This document shows, one piece after another, positions 14,076 through 26,900 of a stretch of DNA of 64,000 nucleotides (position 1 is its first letter; each line of letters begins with the position of its first letter). Location: positions 245,117 through 309,116 of the forward strand of contig CDMY01000646.1 of the NCBI GenBank assembly GCA_001179505.1, in the 5' to 3' direction. The position numbers and the translations under genes were made by a program. The notes under the pieces were generated by a model, which was given only the letters and a program-made list of their open reading frames with translations, was not told the DNA's origin and did no database searches. The DNA comes from Vitrella brassicaformis CCMP3155. Lineage: Eukaryota > Protista > Chromerida.

Positions 14076-15940
14076 TCACATGCAGCACGTGTCCCCTCCC
14101 CCACCCCCGCAGCCATCTATCTGGTCATTGTCAATGACATCGCCATCGGCAGCATGGTCGGCGAAGCTCACGAGAGGCGTGGGAGCTCCCATAGACACCT
14201 CACTTTTGAGCCGCGACGGCAGCCGGTAGATGGTGGGCGGGGTGGGCGTGTGCGGCAGCACGCCCTCTCTCTGCTGGGGCGGGGAGGGGGATGCCGCCCG
14301 GGAGGCGGCGGGAGTGGGGGTGAGAGGAGGCGGGATGATGCCCTGCAGACGCAGCTCCAGCAGCAGACCCTCCATCGACAGACGGGCCGACGAATCCTAT
14401 ACACACACACGCGCAGACAATGCCTTGTCTGTCTGTCTGTCTGTCCGTATGTCAGTGTGTGCACACTGAGTCAACCGCACCTTCTGCAGTAGCCTCTTGA
14501 CGATGCTCTTGAGCACCAGCGAGTAGTCGCTTGGGAAGGCCTTCTTGGAGAAGGGGTCCCACTCCTCCTCACCCAGCCCGCCCATTGCGCGCATGGCGTT
14601 GGGCCCGCACACGTCCCGTCGCCTCAGCTGCGGGTGCTGGTGGGGGTGCAGGTGGGTCAGGCAGCACAGCTCGAACAGCACGCACCCGAGCGCCCAGCAG
14701 TCGGACTTGTCAGTGAGAGGGTCGCGGTGGGCCATCTCGGGCGACATGTAGTGGGGCGTGCCCTGCGGACAACGCACCGGACTCAGAGAGGCTGACCCCT
14801 GACAAAACACACATAGCACAGAGAGGGGCAGTGTGTGTGCGGGAGGGAGGGAGGGAGGGAGGGAGGTTGTGTGTGGCACCCACCTGTCTGATCTCCCGTG
14901 CAATGCCGAAGTCGCCGAGTTTGAGGCTGCCCTGTGCGGTGAGAAAAATATTGTCGCTCTTGACGTCGCAGTGCAGGATGTTCTGCCGGTGGATGTAGTC
15001 GAGCGCCGACGCCAGCTGGGAACACCACTCCAGGATCTGCCTCTCGCTGTACCGGCCGCTGCCGCTGCTGCCACTGCCGCTGCGGGAGGTCTTCTCGATG
15101 TCCGAGAAGAGGTCCCCGCCCTCGCAGTACTCCATGACGATTACCAGGGTGCAGTCGTCCTCGTTGATGTAGCTGTCACGGTACTTGACGATATGCGGGT
15201 GGTCGAGCCGCTGCAGAATCGCCGCCTCAGAGAGCGCCTCCTCAACGCCGTCGCGGTCCATCTCTGACAGGTCGATGACCTTGGCCACCCAGAGGGTTCC
15301 GTCCCCACAGGAGCGCACCAGGTGGGAGCACCCGAACTGCCCCTGGCCGAGCACCGACACGTGCTCGTAGCCATACTTCTGGAAATCTGCGTTCAGATTC
15401 CGCGGCGGGAGCGACAGGGAGAGCGTCAGAGGGATGCTGATGCTCGTGGCCGACGTCGACGGCGCCGTGCTCTGGTGGCACATCGATGCCGGCCCCAGTG
15501 AGGAGCACGACCCCTCCTTGCCGCCACTCACCAGCCGACACAGCGGGCTGGACGGCGATGGCGACGACGGGAGGGTCGAGATGCAAGAGCGACCGCTCGC
15601 GAGGCTGCCGAAGCCGGCGATGGGCGGGGACGAGACGGTGTGGGTGACGGAGGAGACGCCCTCGGACGAGAGGCAGTCGTCGCGCTCGGTCCAGTTGTGG
15701 TGCGTGTGCAGGGGGATAGAGAGGGGGAGGGGGATGGGGAGGGGCGATGGTGCGGCGGTGGGGATGGGGATGGGCCGGGGGGTGCCGCTCCCCGGCGGGG
15801 ACGGCGGGGCGTCGCACTCGTGGTCGGCCTCAGTGCTGCTAGCGATGCGGTGGCATTTCCTGGACCGGCCGAAGCCGAAGCCGAAGCAGGACAGAAGGGA
15901 GGGGGGACCGCACCTCGCCGAGCGCTTCAGGGTTGCAGCC
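14076..15940 (-). CDS. NIMA-related (NEK) Ser/Thr protein kinase
   Basis: [82 protein letters not shown]. Introns at about 14883-14767 and 14474-14397; stop at 14076. The reading frame stays open upstream to about 15980 and the true start is uncertain. Confidence 0.85.
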
Positions 15941-16499
15941 TGGGTCGCTCGCCTCGCGAGCGCTCACCAACACCCTGGCGAACGCTCGGAGGCTACGGTG
16001 GCGACGCCGGCCTCATACAGATCGACGATAGACCGGACCGGCGTGAGCTCCAGAGAGCAGAGAGAGATCCCGCCGACCGCCGCGACGGTGAATAAATGAT
16101 CCAGGTGGCTGCAGAGCAAACAGTTGCCTCGTCGGTGTGGTGGGGTGCTGATGGGGCAGATGGAGTGAGATGGGGAGGGGTAGCGGTGCTGTTACGGCGT
16201 TGCCGGAAGAGACGATGTGTGCGTCCCGTTGGTGTCGCCGATGTGCTCCTCCTCCAGCGTCACATTTGTCGCCGTCCCATCACCTCTCCATATGGGATCC
16301 CACGCACCGCACTCTCTCTGTACGAGGTCACGATCCTTAACGGCTTTGCACTGGGGCGGATTTCGCAGGTAGCAGCTTCTCAGGAGGGTTCTCTGGGGCC
16401 TTGTCGTCTCTGTTCGCACAGAGGGTGCGGGATAAGCTTGCAGACGTGGAAGCTCTCCCCTCCCTTCCCCTCGTCCATCAGTCCTTTGTTTGAGCCAAG

Positions 16500-18997
16500 A
16501 TGTACGGGTACGGCTATCATCAGGGCATGATGCCTGCCTACCAGACCTTCACCCCACCCCCCGCACTCCCCCCGGCGCCTCGCCCTCCCTCTCACAAACG
16601 AGCCCTCTGCATCGGGTCAGAACAATTGATTGCATGGGGCAAAGGCGGGAGGGGAGGGACTTGACTGTGAGTGTATGTGTGGCCTTGGCCCTCTTCCCTT
16701 GCTGTGCTGCAGGTGCAACTACCCTGGTACGGATGCTGAGTTGCGTGGCTGCATCACCGACTGCATGAAGTGGGCCTCCATACTGCGGTCGCAATTCGGG
16801 ATATCCGACATCAAAATCATGACCGACGGACAGGTACTGACGCCCAAGGCAGCCACGAGGCCCTTCCCCTGCTGTGTGTATGCTCTCTCAGACGAATCCG
16901 TACACCGGCAAATACGTGATGAAGAACTGGGGTGGGCGAGGAGCAGAGAGAGGGAGAGGGAGCCAATGGAGTGAAGTGACTTGACCGTCTTTGTCTGTGT
17001 GGGCTGCCTGACTGTTCATGTCAGCTGATCCCACTGTTCCGATCAAGAAGAACCTGCTGGCGGCTCTCGATTGGCTCGTGGAGGGGGCGCGCTCGGGAGA
17101 CGTACTCGTACTCACTTTCAGTGGTATGCCAGCCAAATGAGGATGCACGTGAAATGCATATTCTCGTTGTCATATGAGTGCTGCCTCACTTAGGTCACGG
17201 CACGCAGGTGCCCGACTACTCTGGCGATGAGGATGACGGATTCGACGAGGCAATCTGCCCAACGGACTGTGAGAAGTCGGAGGGACTCTTGTAAGAAGGC
17301 ACAGACACACGGAAGGACAGAATACACAGCCGGCTCGGCTGGCTTTCTCTGTGTGTATGTGTGGGGGTGGGTCAGTGTTCCGTATCGACTGATATCGGAT
17401 GACGAGATCCACAAGAAGCTTGACACGCTCCCCGGGTGAGCAAGTAGTTTGCCCATGCAGCCACATGTGAATGAGCTATGCGGCCTCTCTCTCGTTTCGT
17501 GTCTCTCTTTCTCTCTGTGTCAGTGGCGTGATGGTCACGATCGGTAAGCCATCCGATTCCCTCTCTGTCTGTCTGTCTGTCTGTCTGTCTGCATGGTGTG
17601 TATGGTCTGTCTTCGTGTCGATCAGTCATGGATTGCTGCCACAGCGGCACCATGGTCGACACCAAATTCTCGTTCGACTCGGGTCACAAGTTCCTCTCCG
17701 TCCAGCGCATGAAGGGCGAGCCCAGGGGGGTGGAGGTCCGCAGACCCCGAGGCAAGAGGGTCCCCAAGCTCATCGAAGGAGACTGCCCCGACATGCGCGC
17801 GTGGCTCGACCCAACTGCACGCGCACTCCATGGTCAGCCGGCCGTGGAGACACACAGCACTAGAGAATACACCCATTGATACCGAGCATATGCGTCTCTG
17901 CCTGCCTGGGTCTGTCTTGCAGCGCTTCCCCGTCGTTCGCCAACGACGCCCGGATCTGGTTTTCTCGCCACCGTCTGCCGCGCATTCAACCTCTTCAAGA
18001 AGAAATCGGTCTGAGAAAGAGGAAAGACGGCAGTGTGGGTGGAGGGATGGATTGTGGCCATGTCGTTGTGTGTGCAGACGCCATTCGCCCCAGGGACCGT
18101 GGTTTACTGTATCTCGGGGTGCCGCGACGAGCAGACGTCGCTCGACGCCATGCTCGAGGGCCAACAGCAAGGTTCGCACGGTCACAAGCCGTGAATGAAA
18201 TGACCTATACGTGTGATGATGTCCTGTGTCCTGCATTTCGGCAGGTGCGTTGTCGTATTGCATGCAGAGTGCGCTGCGCTCGATGGGCTATGCCGGCAAT
18301 TACGATGAGGCGTTCAAGCGGGCTTGCGACATCGGCAATCGGATCCGGTATCTACACAGGCATCCACAGATTCATGTCGTTCCCCTTTTCTGTGCGTCAT
18401 CCATCCACTTGTAATGCAGATCGACCATGATGCCGTGCATGGATCAGTATTTCCAGTTCAGCTACAACGAGTCCGCCAACCCAAAACAGCACATGCTGAT
18501 GCAACGTGGGCATCACACAGACAGCACGAAGGACACTCACTCACACCACCCCTGACTGCCTCCCTCTCTCCCCGTCTCTCTGCAGCGGTAGCGGCTCCCG
18601 TGTTGGCTCCCATCACTGAAGAGGCTCCTGCAGTGCCGCCGCAGGTGGCCCCAGTCAAGCATGAGAAGCCGGAGGTGGCAGGGCCTCCCAAGCCCATGGT
18701 GACCACCCTGCCGCCGGGCGTCACACCAGACATGTACCAGAACATCCACTTCCAGGCCAGGGTAAGCAGAGCGCACCGCACACACACAACAGGGCACGCA
18801 ACGCACTGCTCGGCACTCATTGTGTGCATGCGTATGTGTCTCCTTGTGGATATCACTTGCCCATGCAGCCCACAATCTATCTGCCGACGTACGGTGGCTA
18901 CGGAGGTCTGCAGAGTTCGATGAGTCCCTACTACGGCTTTCCCCCGATCAACAGCACCATGCAGGTGACACGGCCGCAGCCCATCACAGCGCAATAA
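16500..18997 (+). CDS. MCA: Metacaspase (clan CD, C14B) with Pro/Tyr-rich N- and C-terminal extensions
   Basis: ATG 16500 MYGYGYHQG...KRALCIG|CNYPGTDAELRGCITDC; LDWLVEGARSGDVLVLTFSG|HG (catalytic His); DEDDGFDEAICPTD; MDCCHSGTMVD (catalytic Cys); TAA 18995-18997. Confidence 0.93.
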
Positions 18998-19281
18998 GCT
19001 GGTCGATAAACGCAGCTGTACATGCTACATGGCATATGATATGGGGAACAGGCAGCGTGGGGTGCGGACTGACAGACATAAACACAATAATTGCATTAAG
19101 AGGACGTATTGGTACCAAAACGACACCTCGAGCTGTGCATTTTTCGTTTCGCGAGTATCCTGCCTTTAATTGGTCGGTTTGTGAGTCAGTCAGTCACCTG
19201 CGGTGTCATCTCTCTTCCGTGTCTGTCTGTCTGTCGTTCCATCCATCCACCCACCACTCATTCATTGGCTGATTCATTCAT

Positions 19282-19915
19282 TCACGGCAGTCCAGTGAGC
19301 TGTCTTCTGTATGCGTCACTGACGATGGCCTCCGGTGTGGCGATGAAATTTCCCTCAGCCTCCCCTTCGTCAGCGCCATACACCTGGTAACGACACAGGC
19401 ACACCACAAGTGGACAAGACAGGTATGGCTCTCTGCGTGTGTGTGTGTGCAGGTGATACCTTACCTTTGCGGCTTGTCTGATGCGGGCCATGGCGTGGTT
19501 GATCTCGCGAAGTGAGTGCAGCAGCCGATAGCGGCGGTCGTTGTCCTCGCGGCGACGCTCGCGCATCCGCTCCGCCAGCAAGACTGGACACAAACACTCA
19601 TCCAGCCAACACACGTGGCCGCATGCCACCTCATGGATGTGTCTCTGTCTGTCGTTGACCTGATGTGTCTGACGCCTGTTTGAGTGCCTTGTCGAGGTCT
19701 TTGGCGCCATACTTGGGCACGGTGTATGCGATTCGCACGGGGACGGGCTCACTGGCCTGGCGGACGTCCTGGTAGTCGAGTCGGTAGAGGGGGTGGTTGG
19801 AGGTCAAGGGCGACAGCAGACGCTGTGCCAGGGGCAGGGCGCCGTCACACGCCACCAGCGACACAGCCAGACACGTGGCAGCGGCAGCGAGACACGCGCG
19901 AGACGACACCATCAT
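19282..19915 (-). CDS. Small secreted hypothetical protein (signal peptide, charged helical segment), three exons
   Basis: MMVSSRACLAAAATCLAVSLVAC signal-like N-terminus; spliced model ...DKALKQASDTS|VLLAERMRERRREDNDRRYR...QAAK|VYGADEGE...LTGLP* uses GT-AG sites in consistent phase. Confidence 0.6.
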
Positions 19916-20914
19916 GCTCGGCCTGATCCTTGTCTGATTGGCTGGCTGGTCGATTGATTGTCTTTCCCTTCCTCTCAAACAGACGTGTACACAGATGTGT
20001 GTAACGTGTGTGTACACATCGGCTGTTTGTGTGCGACTGTTTCATTCACTGGTAAGAAAGAACCATGTCAGTGCTGTTCAGATTGATGGTGTCTATCGGC
20101 CTCGTCTGCGGTGTAAATGTGAGTGACCTGATACAGACAGAAGATCGTCTCATTCGCTCACTGCCTGCCTGCGTGTCTTGTTGCTGTCTCATCAGAGTAT
20201 CTGGCAGCTGGCGGCTGACTTGTTGGTGAGTTTCGATGTGGTGTGCAGAAGCACCGCCCCCATCGACTGCTGGGCGGAGGTCTCCCCCTGCCAGCTGTGC
20301 GTCCGATGGGCAAACGGCCACGAGTGCTCGCCCGACGTGAGTGAGGGCGCCAACACCGTCCTGCTGCCGTCGACCCACACAGACGCAGACCTCCAGCTGT
20401 CATGCAAACACGCAGGTGGGTGGGTTATCAATCGAGTTTCCTCATTCGTGTGTGTGATGCCTGCTTCTGCAGATGTGTTCGTCTAAGCGGATGCCAGTGA
20501 GGAGCCACAACACACTCTGCCCATCACCAAGGTCAGTCATCGAAATGAGACACACGAATAGTAAATCCACACTCTCACTCTTGTGTGTGTCGGATGGCTC
20601 AGGCACTGCAGAGCTCGTTGTCGCCATCGATCTATGTCTACCCCGTCTGCCCCGCAGTGGCCTCAAATGAACAGACATATGAGCAGACAACTGACAAACG
20701 CGGTTCACGGAGGCACACGCTTGGTGCGCTGTGGTGCTTTGTGTGGAGTGTGGCCTTCTTGCGAGCGCCACGCACTTACACACTTCGGCACAGACAAAAC
20801 AAAAGCTGACGAGACACTGTGCATGTCTGTCCATCAATCAACCACAGTTGCTTGCGTGACGTGACTGTGAATGTTGATTGCGTCTTCGGGAATGGAATGG
20901 GAGCGTTTCCACAG

Positions 20915-23900
20915 GCAGCCAGCTGTGCCAACTACGAAGTTTGTGCGCTGCCTGTCCGTCCGTCCGACTGTCTTGTCTTGCTAACTGTCTTGTGTGTGTG
21001 TGTGTGTGTGTGCTGCATTGCGTGGTGCATGTGGAGTGATCACTAGTCAATGGAATGGGCGGATTGATTATGCGATGGATGGCTGATGGATGAATGAAGG
21101 AATCACGTCACAGCTCAGCACACACAGCTCAGCACACACAGCACGACCTCCAACCTACCTTGTTTCTCCTGTTACCTTGGTCTCGTCCTGTCCTCGCTGG
21201 TCTTCCCTTTTCTTCTCTTGTCTGTGCGTGTGTGCGTGTGTGTGTGTGGTGATGCCTCCGAATGGCTAAGGCAGCACGACTCACTCTTTCTGAATCACTC
21301 ACTCACGTGGTGACACCCAGGCAGAGAGGCAGCCAGGCGGCCAGGCAGCACACAGACGGTACGTGCGAAAGTGCTGATGGATGGATGGAGGGAGCACAGC
21401 CAGCAGGCGGTGGTTCGGAGACAAACGGACCGACGAATTGACGATTGTATGAACTTTTTGGGTGAATCAATTGTCAATCAGTGAAGCAATCCATTGCAAT
21501 GGTTGGTTGAGTGTTGTGCAATAACGCCCCTCTGAAGCAGGCGGTCACTATTTCGAACTGCAAGCTAAGCCGGTTTTCCCTTTATGTGTGCCGTGGCTTC
21601 ACACGTGCGGCCCTTCACTCAAAAGTCGCGTCGCCTGCGACAATAACATCAGCAGGTGAGGCAACACACCGCTGTCACAGATCACACCATGACCCTCCGA
21701 GGCGCTGCTTGTGGCTTCTGTTGCAGCCGACGGCGAGGCGGATCTGCTGCTTCTTCCGCCTGTGTGACTAGAAGGCGCCGAAGACGTCCCTGCCGCTTCA
21801 TCGGCATCTGCGCAGAGCGGTGTGATGGACACGGCCGCAGTGCAGTCCACATCGAAAGCACAGAGGAAAAGGGCCAAAAAGGTACACACGAGACGAGAAG
21901 GCACAGACACTCATCGGGCATGGGCAAGTGTGCTTGTGTGTGTGCGCATCAGGCCAAGAAGCGTGGTGCTGCTCCTGATGCGAGTCAGGATGGTCGTGAG
22001 GCTGATGAGGCAGCTCCATCGACTGCATCAGACAAACCACCTGTGGAGACCCGCAATTCAGCCATGGTCAAGTCGCTGCGGCCCGACAAGTCTGCACCTT
22101 TGGCCGAGCTCCTGGCGGATGCAGCTCGCACCAGCAGCCTCATCTTTTCACCAGATGCCACTTGCCCAATCAGCATCGAGGCCATCTTCAGCGACGTGCG
22201 ACAGCTGGCAAACCACCAGAGTTGCATAAGCACATCTTACCAGCTGAGGTGGCTTCTTTGTAATCGCGTCTACGAGGCAATTCGCCTTGACATGGTGTGG
22301 GAGGCCAGCAGGGATGGGAGGCTCGACGTGTGCGTGAGGGCCGTGCGTGAGGCGGCTGAGCAGCTGGCGTCTGAGGCGTATCTGCAGAGGGTGCTGTCGG
22401 TCAAGATGTGGCGGTTTCTCGTGACCCTCATCGAGGACGTTGCCAACCAGCTGGAGGTGAGCAAGGGAGGAAGCGGCAAGGAGCGTGGCTTCACTCATGC
22501 ATTGCCATTTCGTTGTTGTATCGATCAGGCTGATTTCGATTCGTTCGCCCAAGCCATCAAGGCAATGCGACCGTCTTCCAGGAGTTCATCCAACCAGCCG
22601 ACGAGACAACCATCCGCCACCCCAGCCACCCGTCTCCCCATATTCCCCCCGGCCACCGACCCCGTCCAGCTGGTGCTACAGCACTCCCCGTCGCCCCACC
22701 ACCGATTCGCCGAGGCCCGTTTGCTCCCTCCTGACGGCCTCATGAGGCTGCTGGAGCTGTTCCGACTCGACAAAGGGCCGATCCCCGCAGCGGGCTCCTA
22801 CACGTGGGACATGTTCGTCGACGAGTATGTGGCGGCTGACTGTGCACTGGGAGAGGGAGATGGCCACAAGCGTGCTGGCTCATTCACCGTGAGCGGCGCC
22901 ACTGGCTCACTCGCGGCCCTCAACGGCAGCTATGTCATCCGCCCCACAGCCGAGGAGCAGGCGAGGCTCGTGGCGCCGCCAGATGGTGCTGCTTTCGCCT
23001 ACGTGGGCGAGGGGGTGGTCTTCGAGCGGCTGGTGGTCCCGATCAAAGACACGCTGGATGGGCCAAGAGGCGTGTGGGTGGCCTATGAGCCAGCAACAGA
23101 GGCGCGATCGACCCCTCGGCTGCTCGCCGTCGGTCTCCACAAAAGCGACATACGACATGGGTCGTTCGCAACGCACCCGGCCCTTCCATCGCCCGCTTTC
23201 GAGACGGACCAGTGGTACACTGTTGATGATGGGGCTCGGCTCGTGAAGGTCGATTTCAGCATTTCGGCTGCCCTCCCACTCGACTTCTACGTCTGCCGCT
23301 CGGCCTTCAGTCCGACGGACCTTTTGTTGGTTGCGGCCCTTCTTCACTTTCGAGGCGCATCGTTGATGTGCACGGCCATCAGCGATTCTGCCGACTCTCT
23401 CGCCGAAGTGCCAGACACACAGCTGCTAGCGTACTACGTATCCCCTGAGGTCATGGAAAACCTTCCGCCATCCGCACACAACCCTGAGCCCGTCACCGAT
23501 GTCGCCTCAGTGCGGCCCATTACCGGTCCGATGGGAGAGCGGTCTTTGTGTTTACGTGACGGTGAGGCAACCATCCGTCGACTTGGCCTGATGCGTTTGT
23601 CGGACGAGTGGACCACACGGCCCTTCACGCAGTGGCCCTTCAAAGCATTGGCACTGCTGCCGGGTGGTGGCGGGATGGTTGGGGGACGCTTCGAGGGCGG
23701 CCGTGTTGCTGTGGTGCGGCTGGAGGTCTCGGTCAGCACCAAATGCGCCTTGTGTGACGCCCAGCCGGACGGTAGCACACTCGGCGATATGCCCCTCCTG
23801 CACGCGCTATTTTCACCTGAGACCTCTGACCAAGACTTCGCATATTTGGACAAGACAGTGGGAGTGTGGACGCAGAGGGCGTCCTCAGAGGAGCCGATCT

Positions 23901-26900
23901 GCGGCAAATGCTGGTGTACGGAGTACGTCATGACGTTGCTCTCAGGACGTGCCCAAGGGTACATGCACACGCACTGACTGCCTTGATGTTGTGGGATTGT
24001 TGATGTATCCATGGCTTCCTGTATGCAGGAACGGTGCCTCATCTGCCGCCTCGGACGACGATGATGCAACGGATGCCACTCATCCAGCAGCGGCCGCCGC
24101 TCAGCCCTCTGGGCATGAAACAAGGCAAGAAGAGACCCACTGCACACACATACGCGCTCGCATTGACCTGGTGTCTGTCCTTCCTCCCCCTGTCAGTGTC
24201 ATGGCGGTTCGCGACTCCTTTCGTGACATGCCCAACGTCCCTGCCAAGGACAAATCGACACCCGCCCCCGCAACACCTTCTGCCACACCCGGCCACGACG
24301 ATTCCGACCAAGACGGGACCACTCGTTGTCAGGCACCGACACCTGCTGGGGCGGATGAGGAGTCCAAAGGGACACCTCAGGCCGCGACAGCTGTTGTGGG
24401 AGCCAGTGGCCCTGTGAGCATCGAGTCGGCCTTTGGCAGCACTCAGTACGTCAGGGGTCTGCTGGCGCGGGAGGGTCCATGGGAGTGCGGTGTGGACCTG
24501 CGAGCGGTCTTTGAGGAACTCGCCCAGAAGCTCACGGACACTGCCTTCGAGCCTGTCTTCAGACTGAGACGCGTTATCGTTGGCCAGGTCGGCGTGTCAG
24601 TGGATTGTGCATCTGCTGCACCGATGGCTTCCACTCAGATCACATGGACGTACGTGTGTGCGTGTGTGCAGGTGTTGGAGTGTGTGCAGCTCGATCAGCT
24701 GTCTGAGGGGCTGACTAAGGCCGGCAACAGCAGGCCCATGGAGGCGACAGCTGCCAGCCTCCAGAAAGAGGCTGAGCTGGTCTCGTGCGACGGGAAGCAT
24801 CAGACACTCTGCTGTCGGCACTTGTGGTACATCATCGTTGCGGCCCTTGAGTGTATTGCCGAGCAGATGGAGGTCCGTTTCATGCACAAACAGATACGTG
24901 TGTGTCTGTAGCGAGCTTGGCTGACTGTATGTTCTTCTCTGCCTGTCTGGCTGCCTCTGTGCTGTCAGCGTGACAGTGTGGCTTTCGTCAAGGCGATGCA
25001 AGACATCCGCCGCCGCCGCATTCAAGAACAAGACGCCTCGAGCACAGCTGACGCCACCCTGCCGCCGCTCCCCGCCGCAGGCGACAACTTCTATGACTTT
25101 GCCCGTCAGGCGGTGGCTACCCTGGTGCAGCAAGGGCCACCCGACTACACATACCTGGAGACTCATCTGCGGACATTTGTCGACGACACTGTCGGCACAG
25201 CTGACCCGATTCGAGATCTGCTGTTTTTCTTCCGTCTCGACCAAGGTCCCCCGAAGTCGCCGACGCAGGGCGGCACAGAGAGGGAGTCTGCGTGGCACGC
25301 GACGTATCGTGGCTACTTCGACCAGTGCCGCACCGTGGATCCCACGGGCGGTCGGCGGCACGGCAGTCTCACTGTGAGCGGCGCGCCGGTCATCAACGGC
25401 ACCTACCTGCTCCGCCCGACAGAGGAAGAGCAGAAGACGCTGCTTTGGACTCATCCGGAGACTATCGCCTACGTGGGCAAGAAAAACGTATTCAAGCGGC
25501 TGGTTTACCCGCGACCCGACGGCAACATGGGGGGACTCTGGATGGCACACTCCCCGTCCACGGCCGATGGAACCAGGGTGCGCATCATCGCCTTCGGACC
25601 CTTCAAGGACGACTCAGTCAGCAACCGCAACCCCTTGCTCAGCCACCCCGCTGCGGCCAACCCCGCCCTCGAGACGCGCGAGTGGTTCGCTGTCGACCAG
25701 GAGGGGCACATCAGCAGACTCGGTGGCGTCAAGATGACCACCACTCTGCCGCTGACTTTCCATGTGCCCCGATCTGCCCTGGAATGCGTATCGAAGGTGG
25801 AGCGCATTATGCTGTCGGTGTGCATTGGTGGGCCGACACAGCTGAGCCGCTGGCGTGCGAGTCGCTGTACGACTACTACACCCACTACCTGGCCGAGCGG
25901 GGGGTCAGCAAGGGGGCCGCCTTCCCCATGGCCTTCTATCTCGATGCCCAAGTCATGGAGCACCTGCCCACATCGGCACGGCACAAGGAGCGGCTCACCG
26001 ATGCAAGTCAGCGGCAGTCGCATGTGGCATGCGTGAGCGACGCCGAGACCCTGCGGATCAAGAGAGGAATGGTCCGCCTGGCGGACGAGTACGTCACCAA
26101 GGCGTTCACAGAGTGGCCATTTGCCGCCGTGCTGGCCCTGTTGGCGACGGGATCGGCCGACTCGGTGTGCGTCCTGCGGGCCGAGTCGCGGACACAGACC
26201 TGTGGTCGGTGCGGCGAGCCGTGTGCGGGCAGCTCAGAGGGCCCAGTGGATACCATTCCTCTGGTGCACACGCTCGCCTTCGATGACCTCAACGACGAGT
26301 TGGTTTTCAATGCACACGCCCAGTACATTCGGGCGGCGCCGGCGGGCCTGTGTGTGGAGAGTGCCACAGGGTCGCTCATGTGCGGACCATGCGCGCTGGA
26401 TCGCGTCGAGTCGGCGAAGAAGGATCCAATCAGGTGCGCGACGCGCAACCAGGGTCAAGTGTTTCTGTCCATATGTGTGTGTGTACAGGCCTGATCTTAC
26501 CCCTGTGGATGTGCTGGCCACATTCTCAAGCCTCCTGTCGCCCCCTTCCGACACGCAGACTGTCCCCTCGCCCCAACCGAAGAGTGCATCGAGCAGCAGC
26601 ACACCCTCCCGCAACTCGCCGGCCACCAGCAGCATCTTCCGAGGCATCTTCACGGCCAAGGACAAGACCAAACCCACACCACCCAAATCGGCACCGACCG
26701 CTCCCAAGCCCAAGCCGACATCCACCCAGCCGCCCACCCCGCCGAGCAAAGCCACACCCACTGTCACGGTTGAGTCCATCCATGAGGCCTTCCCCGACAT
26801 CGCCACCGTCACATCAGGCACAGAGGGAGGCCAACAGCCCTCCAGTGAGACGCTGGCCGTCGTAAAGGCCTTCCTGCAGCACAAGGGAGGGGCGGTGGAG

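Noticed and set aside
20050-20640. Possible small spliced gene on the minus strand (MATTSSAVPEP...)
   Set aside because: Needs several weak splice sites and gives no recognisable or compositionally convincing protein
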